NCBI GenBank assembly: GCA_043228905.1
Contig: JBHGNT010000005.1
Coordinates: 20,584,001-20,648,000, forward strand
DNA length: 64,000 nt
Direction: 5' to 3'
From: Azolla caroliniana
Lineage: Eukaryota > Plantae > Polypodiophyta
The position numbers and the translations under genes are program-made. The notes under the pieces were generated by a model. That model ran no database searches. It saw only the letters and a list, made by a program, of their open reading frames with translations, and was not told where the DNA came from. Below are positions 28,659 to 39,473 of this stretch, in pieces (the stretch's first letter is position 1; each line of letters starts with the position of its first letter).

Positions 28659-30542
28659 TTTATTTCGCGGTCATCCGGAGGCATTTTAGCCTCGCTGACC
28701 TCATCGTCAGAACTCAGGTCCCAAGATCCGGAGTTGGAGTTGAGGTCCGGAGTCGGAGGCAAGTACCAGGACGCGGACTCGTCAAACACAACATCACGAC
28801 TCACGCGAGCTTGTTTGGTTCGGGTCATAACACTTATAAACCTTATGTTCGTCCGAATAGCCGACTAAGATACATTTCTCAGCTTTCGTGTCCAACTTCC
28901 TCCATTTCTCCTTCGGCAGATGCACATACGCAATGCTACCGAAAAATCTCAAGTGTCGTAGATTCAATTTCCTTCCGAAATACAACTCATGCGCCGACAC
29001 TTTGTCTCCGATCCAATTCTGGATGTACACCATGGTTCGTATCGCCTTGGCCCAATAGAACTTGGGCAAGCTCTTTTCTTCCAACATTGCCCGCGGCGCT
29101 TCTACAATTGACCTGTGCTGGCCCCCATACATCGGAATGTATCAAGTCGAGCTTGTTTCGGCTCCGATTACACTCGTTAGGGAAAGGAAGTCGGTGTTGC
29201 TTCCCTAGCTGGCAGGCTTCACAAATTTGTGCCTTCCGGCCACTAAATTTGGGCAAATTGAATCAGAACACCAGTTGTTTCGATTGCAAGTCCTGAAGCC
29301 GTTGATAGTTGACTTGGCCTATCCGCTTGTGCCATAAGTCGATATCCGACTCGACTTTATGTCCTTTCGCAAACATTACGGTGCCACCATCACTGGAGTC
29401 GAGGATAAACATGCTCCCGTCTTTGCGCCCTTGCGCAATAACTCGGCCTTCTTCTTCGATGAAGCACTCGAGATGCGTAAAACGAACATGCATCCCCTGG
29501 TCAACCATCTGTCCGATCGACACAAGGTTCTTCGTGATTGTTGGTTAGTTTCCCTTTCTACCCGACATGGCTCAAGGGAACTTCACCGACATTCGCGTTT
29601 GGATGCGGAGTCTTGTCTCCAGTTGCGACTACTTCCGGTTGCATCGGTTTCTCAAGGTATGAGAACCACTCCTTGTGGCACATCATGTGGTTTGATGCGC
29701 CGAAGTCGACGTACCACACCTCGTCCGCCACGACCACGGGGCCTATCTCCCTCCGTGTATAGCATCTTGCTATCGGCATGCGTGCTCGTCGAAGCACCCA
29801 CGTGGTTCTCCTTTATAAGGAGCATCGACTGTAGGTTGAAAAACGACGACGTATTCTCCCGTGTCACACAATAGTTCAGAACGCTCCGAATGTCGACGCC
29901 AGTCCCTCGAGACAGATTTGCACCATCTCGTCTTCCTCGACGTTCACATCGATAGAGGCTAAGGAGTCACATATCTCTTTGATCTTCGAGGTGTAATCAG
30001 CCACCGACAAGTCGCGTTGTCGTAAGTTGCTCAACTCCTGTTGGAGCTGAAGCTTCCTGGCTGTGGTGCTTATAGCGAAAAGTTTCTTTAGATTTCCCCA
30101 AGCATCTTTCGGCGTTTTCGCAACCCGAATGTAGCTTAGAAGTTGTTCGCCCACAGAAGATGCGAAGTAGTAGAGGACACTGCTCGCCGACTATTCCCAC
30201 ATTGGGAAATCTCTATGTGTCGAATCGGGTGTTGTGTCATTTGCTCTGTCGACGTAGCTCCAGTAACCGTGCCCGAGCAGGTACTGGTGCATCTTGTAAG
30301 ACCAAGACGCGTAGTTGTTTCTATCGAGCTTCTTTGTTGGAAGCAAGCTAGCCATGCCTCTATCCATTTTGTTTTTCCTATTCTTTACGAAGTTTAGGTT
30401 TTCTTCTTTGAGCTAAGGTCGGCTGCAGAGGTTCTCAACCCTCGCGCTATGATACCATGTAAAACGAATAACGTGCGGAAGCAATAGAAAACTGAACACA
30501 GAAACGTAGGTTTAATGGAGAGCTTGAATATACACAATACGC

Positions 30543-30580
<38 letters not shown>

Positions 30581-30904
30581 ATACACACAACTCAATTCTA
30601 CTGACACGTACTTCAATGCTTATAATTGAGCTCTACACTAACTCCCAAAATATATTCCTACGCGGAATATCTTTCCAACGGCCTCGCGGTTTACGCACTG
30701 CTACGACTTCTCGTTGCACACCGGTCTAGGCACCAGTTTACGCACCTATCATGAACACATGACCATTATGGCGTCACCCGGACTTGAACCTCGAACCTTG
30801 TAATTTATACTTGAAAACCTCAACCATTAAGATAGCTTATTTTTATATGAAACAATAAAAGCTACTTCTTGTATTACATTGATTATTGTAAAAACTCTAG
30901 ATTA

Positions 30905-30968
30905 TTCTAGAATGTTCTAGAATGTCCTAGAGCATTCTAGGTCTAGAACATTCTAGAACATTCTAGAA
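30905..30968. promoter_or_regulatory. Heat-shock-element-like array in U3 (also present in the 3' LTR)
   Basis: TTCTAGAATGTTCTAGAA...TCTAGAACATTCTAGAACATTCTAGAA, alternating nGAAn units just upstream of TATAAAT at 30994. Confidence 0.65.
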
Positions 30969-31164
30969 ATCTCTAAGCTATTCTATAGGAACCTATAAAT
31001 AAGCGCATACATGTATTCTCAAATCAATTCGAATCAACACCAGTCTTTAGCTCTCATTACATATCTTGTATCCATTCCCTTTCTTTCTCTATCTTATACA
31101 TCCATTCTTCTCTATCCTTCTTCCATCACTCTATCTTTTATCCTTGGTTCTGACAGTTTGATTC

Positions 31165-31204
<40 letters not shown>

Positions 31205-31229
31205 CCTCCTTTGTAACCATCCTGAAACC

Positions 31230-32392
31230 ATGGCTGCCATTAACTCAGAAGAATATCTCACCCTTGTTGCAGAAATGGAGAACCTTAAATCCAAGTTCGC
31301 ATCTCTTGAAGTAGAGAATCACGTCTACTTGGGGATCTACAAAAGGTTACTATAGAGAAGCAACAACAACAAGAGGAGTTCACGCGACGAGTGCAACAGT
31401 TAGAGTCGACAATCGTCATGTTACAACAACAAAGGGTTGAAGGTCAGGGACTTATCAAGGAGCCCAAAATTAGCCTCCCAGCTAAATTTGATGGGTCAAG
31501 GGCGCATTTCCGAGGTTTTTTGAATCAAGTACGGTTGGTGATTCAAATGCATCCCGCACGTTATCCAACAGATGCATCACGAGTCGGGCTAGTGGGCACT
31601 TTATTGACTGGCATAGCGTTGTCGTGGTTTGCTCCATTGGTAGAGACCAATTCTCCTCTACTAAATAATTTCGAGGAATTTATCAAGGAATTTAAGGCTT
31701 GTTTCGGAGATACTGATGGGGCGAGAACAACTATCAACAAGATTCGTACACTTCCTCAAGGTGATCAACCAGCTTCAACATATGCTGCCAATTTCCGTCT
31801 CATCGCAAGCGATATTCCTTGGGATGAACAAGCCCTAATGGAGCAATTCCGTTCAGGCCTTCGTAGTGATGTCAAAGACTTACTTCTTACCTTCCCCGAG
31901 GATCCAAGGTCATTTACAGAAGCTATTAGTTGAGCAATACGGTGTGATAATCGCCTTTTTGAGCGTCGATGTGAGCGACAACAACAAATAACAAGATCTA
32001 GATTCACACCAATTTATGCATCAGTAACGACGCAATCATCCCCAAGGCAAATGTATAGCCCTGCTCCAACTCCAAGGCAAACACGTAGTCCAGTCCCAAT
32101 GGATAGTCCTACACCCATGGAGATCGATATGACTCAACGACGAGGACCGTTGTCAGACGAAGAGAAGCAACGTCGTCGAGCAAACCATCTGTGCTTATAT
32201 TGTGGAGGTCCAGGACATATAGCCATTCATTGCTCCCGTAGGCCGAGACGTCAGGTAAATCAAATTCATTATGACAATAAAAATGAGTCCAACATTTTAG
32301 AAGTAGTTAGTGAATCTAATATTATGAATAATCCACCCTTGTCCAATAAATTTGAAGTCCTAAGCCAATTAGAAGAGGAGTCAAACGAATAA
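31230..32392 (+). pseudogene. gag of the Tcn1-like element (disrupted)
   Basis: EPKISLPAKFDG, PTPMEID and CLYCGGPGHIAIHC. Lesion near 31350 and TGA at 31931-31933. Confidence 0.85.
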
Positions 32393-35300
32393 GTCCGGCC
32401 AAAATAGGAGCCATTTGGTTGGACAACCCTAGATATGTACAACCTGGTGTGGGTTCCATTTCTTCCAAGCATGTTAGTAGAGTCTTCTCAGCCCTAGTAC
32501 AAGTTAGGACACCCAGTTGTCAACTTCAAGTCCAAGCCCTCTTAGATACTGGACCCAATTCTTGTTTCATGGATAGAGATTTTGCCCAGAAACACCAAAT
32601 ATCCTTGCATACACTTCCTTGTCCAGTTTCCGTAGTAGTGATTGATGGACGCCCCATAGCTTCTGGGAAGATATTTGAAGAGTCTGAGCCAATACACATA
32701 CTCTTGGGTGATTTAGGATGTGTAGTTTCCTTTAACATAATCCGTAGTCCTGAGCATCCAATTGTCCTCGGTTTGCCATGGTTCGAGCTACATAACCCTA
32801 GAATCGATTGGAGGAAGCGAGAAATTAGGTGCCCTTTAGCAAAAAATATCATTGTCAAGGATCGAACTCGGGATTATCCTCCCAAAGTATATAGTTCTAC
32901 CGATGCACCATATCCTTCTCATCAAATTTCAGCCATCACATTGCAACAATTGCACCAAGAGGGAGGCAAGGAGGACCTTTTCTTATTTGCAGTATCAGTG
33001 ACACCTTCTAGTGTCACTCAAGGGAATTCAAACATCCAAATTCCCAAAAAATATCAAGACTATGCTGATGTTTTCGACAAAGTCAAAGCTAGTGTTCTTC
33101 CAAAGCATCGGCCGTACGACTGTCCTATTGATCTCCAACCAGGAAAAGAGCCTCCGTGGGGTCCGATTTACAATTTATCACCCACTGAGCTTGAGGTTCT
33201 TCGAGAATACATCGAGGAAAATCTTGCACATGGGTTTATTCGACATTCAAAGTCTCCAGCTGGTGCTCCTATCTTTTTTGTGAAGAAAAAGGACGGCTCC
33301 CTTCGTTTGGTCGTGGACTATCGAGGCTTAAATAAAGTCACCATAAGGAATAGGTATGCTTTACCTTTAATCTCCAATCTCTTAGAACGCATTGGTGGGG
33401 CAAAGCATTTTACCAAAATTGATCTAAGGGGTGCATATAATCTTGTTCGAATTCGGCCAGGAGATGAGTGGAAAACAACATTTCGTACTCGGTATGGTCA
33501 TTTCGAGTATACAGTCATGCCTTTCGGGCTCACAAATGCACCTGCCGTATTCCAACATATGGCAAATGACATCTTCCGGGATTTCTTGGATATTTTTCTA
33601 ATCATCTACCTAGATGATCTATTGATTTACTCTAAAACACAGGGGGAGCATGATATACATGTGCGGCAAGTACTTGAACGCCTAAGGAAGTATGGTCTTT
33701 ACGCCAAACTTGAGAAATGCAGTTTTGATTGCAAACAAGTCAAATTTTTGGGATACACTATTTCATCCCAGGGTGTTTTCATGGACCCGGCAAAAGTCCA
33801 AACAATATTGGAATGGAAACCCCCATGCTCAGTTCGGGATGTCCAATGTTTCCTCGGATTTGCGAACTTCTATCGCAAATTCATACATAATTATTCAAGC
33901 ATTGTGTTGCCCCTTACTCAACTCACCAAGAAAAATCAAGCATTTTTTTGGAGTATCGAAGCGGACAAGGCTTTTACGCAGCTAAAAGAGGCATTCACAT
34001 CAGCACCCATCCTAGCACATATTGATCCCGAAAAGCCATTTACTATTGAGGCGGATGCATCAGACTTTGCATTGGGGAGTATCCTATCACAACCAGGCGA
34101 GGACGGGCAGATACATCCAGTCGCGTTTCACTCGAGAAAGTTTACTGTTTCGGAGATAAACTATGAGGTGCATGACAAGGAGTTACTAGCTGTGGTCGAC
34201 TCATTCGAGCAATGGCGTCATTTTCTAGAAGGATCACCTCATCAGATTATCATTTATAGTGATCACAAAAATCTCACATATTTTCAAACAGCTCGAGTAT
34301 TAAATAGACGACAAGCTTGGTGGGCCCAATTTCTAACGCGTTTCGATTTCAAGATCATTTTTCGCCCCGGAAAACAACAAGGGAAAGCAGATGCTCTGTC
34401 TCGACGTTCATATCTAGCACTTCGACCTGGAGATCCGGCCTTTGACAATCAAAAGCAAACTCTCCTCGGGCCATCAAAGCTATAGGTAACAACAATTTAT
34501 GCCACACCACTTGATTCTACCCTTCTTGACACTATTCGGCAACAACTTCATTCGGATGATTTTGCTAAGGATGTCTTAGCCCACTGTGGTTCAAGTCGTC
34601 CATCTTGCTCCACATTGCCAGGGTCATCTCAACATTATAAGGACTTCAAGTGGCAAGATGGTTTACTCTTCTACAAGAATCTCCTTTACGTCCCCGACGG
34701 ATCACCCCGACTTCAAGTGTTGGAACATTGTCATGATGCCCCCATGGCTGGACATTTTGGTATTTCCAAGACCATTGAGCTGGTGAAACGTTCGTTTTGG
34801 TGGCCTCACTTGCAAAAATTTGTCGAAGATTATGTTCGCACTTGTGACACATGCTGTCGCGCCAAAATACCCCGGCATCACCCTTATGGCTTACTACAAC
34901 CATTACCCCCTCCCAACAAGCCATGGCAGTCTATTTCTATGGATTTCATTACGGATCTGCCACCTTCCAAAGGCTTTGATACTATTTTAACAGTAGTGGA
35001 TTGGTTCACCAAGATGGCACATTTTGTACCATGTGTAAAGACCATCAATAGTGAAGAAATTGCAGATCTCATTATGAGTGAAGTGTTTCGCCATCATGGT
35101 CTCCCGAATGATATTATTAGCGATCGAGGTCCTCAATTTATCTCACACTTTTGGAAGCACCTATGGGCAGGCCTCAAAATCTCTTGCAAACTCTCTTCGG
35201 CTTATCATCCACAAACTGACGAACAAACAGAGCGCACAAATCAAACGCTCGAGCAATATCTTCGATGTTTCATTAGTTATCAACAAGATGATTGGAGTAA

Positions 35301-36048
35301 AATTTTACATCTTGCTGAGTTTGCATACAACAACACGGTCCACTCTTCTACCAAAGTTACACCTTTCTTTGCCTACACCGGAAACCACCCTCGATGGTGT
35401 ATACTGGATCTTCCCGAGGTGTCACGAAACCCTAGTGTGGCGCATCACCTCCACCGACTACAACAAATCCAGTTCGAGTTATCGTCACATCTTCAGAAAG
35501 CGCAAGCACACCATAAGACCAATGCCGATCGACATCGTCTTAAGTCTCCGTTTAAGGTTGGTGACCGTGTATGGTTGCTTCGTCGTCACATCAAGACTAC
35601 CCGACCGTGTGCTAAGCTTGACTATCAACGCTTAGGTCCTTTTGTCATCACGACGCAGATTAATGATGCAACATTTCGTCTTAACCTTCCTGCACATATG
35701 CGGCTTCACCCTGTCTTTCATAGCTCTCTTTTGGAACCTTGCCACACCTCTTTAATTCCTGATCGTGTCGTGCCACCACCGCCTTCTGTACAACTTGTGG
35801 ACGGCCCCGAATACGAGGTAGCTGCTATTCTCGATTCTAAGATTGTGCGCAATAAGCTTTATTATCTAGTTGATTGGCTTGGTTATCCTCTGAGTGATCG
35901 CACTTGGGAACCCATCGATAACGTTTGTAATGTTGAAGCTCTGGTCAACGACTTCCATCGTCACTATCCAAACAAGCCCAGCCCAACAATGTTAACGCCG
36001 ACTTCCACTCTGCGTTCTCGAAGGAGGGATAGTGTCATGAACACATGA
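32380..36048 (+). pseudogene. pol (PR-RT-RH-IN-chromodomain) of the Tcn1-like element, one premature stop
   Basis: ALLDTG, YLDD, EADASD, IN HHCC and ISDRGPQF, chromodomain EYEVAAILDSK...YYLVDWLGY...TWEP. TAG at 34483-34485. -1 frame relative to gag. Confidence 0.93.
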
Positions 36049-36857
36049 CCATTATGGCGTCACCCGGACTTGAACCTCGAACACATGACCATTATGGCGT
36101 CACCCGGACTTGAACCTCGAACCTTGTAATTCATACTTGAAAACCTCAACCATTAAGATAGCTTATTGTTATATGAAACAATAAAAGCTACTTCTTGTAT
36201 TACATTGATTATTGTAAAAACTCTAGATTATTCTAGAATGTTCTAGAATGTCCTAGAGCATTCTAGGTCTAGAACATTCAAGAACATTCTAGAAATCTCT
36301 AAGCTATTCTATAGGAACCTATAAATAAGCGCATACATGTATTCTCAAATCAATTCGAATCAACACCAGTCTTTAGCTCTCATTACATATCTTGTATCCA
36401 TTCTCTTTCTTTCTCTATCTTATACATCCATTCTTCTCTATCCTTCTTCCATCACTCTATCTTTTATCCTTGGTTCTGACAGCACCCGGTTTACGCACCG
36501 GTCCGGCCTAACCGATCAATCCCAACCGATCCGGTTCTCGGCTTGCACAACCGATCCAGCCAATGTTGAGCTTGTATCTCAACACTCTAGAGGGGAGTAA
36601 CACAATTTGGCACGCCTGGTTCAAACTGTGAGTACACTGCGAACAAGCAAAGGAGGAATATCCAGTCGTAGGAACAACACGGCACAACAGACCACGTGCA
36701 GAACAAGAAGAGAGTGTGGAAAAATCCGCACTCACTAAGCAACCTCTCCAGGATTGGAAGCCCAACAAATTGCGCTTCCTGATACAACATCAACCAACGA
36801 TAGTAGTTGAGAGGTCGAACACCCCGAAGACAACAACCCACTTCAGGGGGTACAAGG

Positions 36858-37519
36858 TGTTACATGCATGACCATATAATATCCCATAATAAGATTGTAC
36901 CATAGTATTCTATACACATGGACAAAGTGTGAGGGTTAAACGAGAGTGAAAAGAAGGGAATGATTACTTTTTATCCTTGGGATTGAGACAACCCATTAGG
37001 CCAAGTGTGAACTTGCTTGGGGGCCTTAGGTTTGGCTATAAATATGAGGCCTATGTTACCGGCATGACCATATAATATCCCGTGGTGAGAATTTACCGTA
37101 GTATTCTATACACGTGGATAAGTGTGAGGGTTAAACGAGAGTGTAAAGAAGGGGAGAATTACTTTTAATCCACGGGATAGAGACAACCCATTAGGCCAAG
37201 TGTGAACTCGCTTGGGGGCCTTGGGTCTCGCTATAAATATGAGGCCTAGCTACCCTCATTTCATCATCTCTTGACTACGTCGAGACACTGTTTCGTGGTG
37301 GGTCAACTCTTGTAGCGAGCGCGCCAACACTAGGTACGACTCGACACCACAACGGTGGTATGGGACGACGATCGAGGCTCGAATCCATCTCAATCCCTTC
37401 TCTCGGAGGTGGTCGGGTGGATCGACACCCTTCTTTCACTCTCCTTTCTTATTTCATATATATTATATCCTTATCATATGATCACATTAGATCATCACTC
37501 TAACAGTTGGTATCCGAGC
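36858..37519 (+). mobile_element. Partial LTR (36858-37053) followed directly by a full LTR of the same family (37054-37505) and a tRNA-iMet PBS
   Basis: Both copies start TGTTAC..GCATGACCATATAATATCCC. The first follows a purine-rich tract. The second ends CTAACA and is followed by TGGTATCCGAGC (37508-37519). Confidence 0.8.
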
Positions 37520-39473
37520 TTATGTTTCTAATGTTTCTTTTGTTGGTTTTTGTTGTCTTCTTGATGGATGATGATCAATCGACGTGCGGTCGACCTTGAT
37601 CTAGATAACGATCAACAAAGGAACTTCGGTAACTCTTTCTTCATTGGGTCTATTAGTGCCATGTTGTAAGTTACTAATGACACATGCCTCGAGAGCACTT
37701 TGAGATTGCCGAAGTTCGGACATTTGATGAGCGGTTGAACTAAGGAAATTTTGTATTTGTAAGAAATACGACTCAATGGAGATTAGCCCAAGAGGATTTC
37801 CTTGAGTTCCTTCCACTTGAGCGGATGACATCGGGTCATTATTATAAGCCATTGAATGATAATTTTTGGCAAAGAAATAGGATAAGGTCAGACAAATAGT
37901 CATAACATCATGTCGTGATGTAAACATATCATGGGCCAACATTAATCGATATCATGATCTCACGTCAATACCCCTCTAGACGTATGAGATGAGGTTTAAG
38001 ATCAGGTTACTATGGTAACACAAAGGTGTTTTAAAAACCATGGGGGTGACAAATGAATGTCTTTCCCTCATCTCTATATTGATTTTTTCTTGACGGCTCC
38101 CTGAGGCTCAACCATGTATGTTTGCGTCATGAATAGTTTATACACGAAAACAATGTTAACAATAAACTATGTTTTTGTGCCCACGTATGTGGTTTCGGCT
38201 CTTTAAGTCCTATTACGAGGACCCCGAAGTGCACTTAGACCTAAAGTCTAAACATGTACTATAGTCATATGTATCAACAATGGTGTATGGTCTTGATCAT
38301 ATTTGAGCTCGAGACCTCGAGAACAAATGCATTAAACACTTCGGCTAACCAAATAGGTTGCTCGTGTTGAATGTTTAATATTTTATGCGTATAAGCGAGG
38401 CATATGCCCATATATGTTTTCTTTAAAAGAAACATATATGTCAAGAGTCCTTATTTCCCTCTCATTTACCACAAACTATGTTGGTACGTTACCTAACCTC
38501 AAGTCTCATAATTGCGATGGCATACGCCAAAGTGCAACCTAATGGTCAAGCCAAATGAGCCCTCTTTTCGTAGTAGGCCCACATGGCCCATCACATGGTT
38601 ACGTTGTCGTAGTGTAGGTTGCACACTATGTGGAAATTATATTTTTGTCCCTCCGGATAGAGAATGGAGTGCTCGGTGAGAACCGGAAGAAAACGGCATA
38701 CCGGCAAGGAGGAAAACGGCATACCGGCAAGGAAGAAAACGGCATACCGGCAAGGAAGAGCCGGATAAAGAGACATAAATGTAAAAAAAAAAATAATAAA
38801 AAGGAAATACTCACTACTGCGCAGGGCATGATTTGAACTCTGCACCTCCACGTTGACAAACCCCAACCTTACCATTACATTAACTTATCTTAAGTGTTTT
38901 AAATATAGATTTAATAGGTATAAGACCTTTATTTATGCATACCTTTAAAAGGTAAATCGTGTATTTTTTTATATATGAAAAAAAGAAAAGAAAAGAAAAA
39001 CACGAGACACTAAAAAATAACTCATGCACATCTAGCGTGCATGAGCCCTATATTTAGGAAATAAAAAAAAGCATCACATGCACATTTAGTGGACATGAAC
39101 ACTTTTTGTAAAAAAAAAAGCATGAAGCCATGCTTAGCTCTTCCTTCCTTATATAAGGAGGAGAGAAATATGTATATGGTTGTTGATTTTTTTTGGATTA
39201 AGAATTAATCAATACAAAAATTATTCGTGGGATTCACGATTTATACATCTACTTCTCTCTTAACACCCTAAGTACCAATTAATATAGTATACTCGTGTGA
39301 TTCACGAGTTTCTTATCTTTCTCTTTGCTATTTACTCATAATTAATCTCTATCTCACGAACTTCTTTCTCCTAGTCCAAGACCTCTGTGGTTCCCACCCG
39401 ACTCACGCAACGATCCGGAGCCGAAAGGCACGACACAGTTGGTGAACCCGACGTGAAGACGGGTGGCAAGGAG

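Larger units (their letters stand above)
30747..36481 (+). mobile_element. Tcn1-like chromovirus (Ty3/gypsy), full length
   Basis: LTRs 30747-31155 (409 bp) and 36033-36481 (449 bp); perfect TSD GCACC; PPT GAAGGAGGGATAG; no tRNA PBS. Confidence 0.95.
25033..36584 (-). mobile_element. Ty1/copia element C (decayed), hosting two nested insertions
   Basis: 3' LTR 25033-25495 with adjacent PPT (CTCCCCCTCAAG on +). 5' LTR 30458-36584, split by the Tcn1-like element. PBS TGGTATCATAGC at 30446-30457. TSD CTATA/CTCTA. Gag, PR WYVDFGASNHM, partly deleted IN, RT and RH fragments. Confidence 0.9.

Noticed and set aside
23941-37505. Long inverted repeats suggesting a large TIR element
   Set aside because: They are LTRs of one family in opposite orientations, one followed by a PBS.
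37601-37942. 113-aa minus-strand ORF, possibly a gag N-terminus
   Set aside because: No diagnostic motif and no associated LTR or PBS on that strand.
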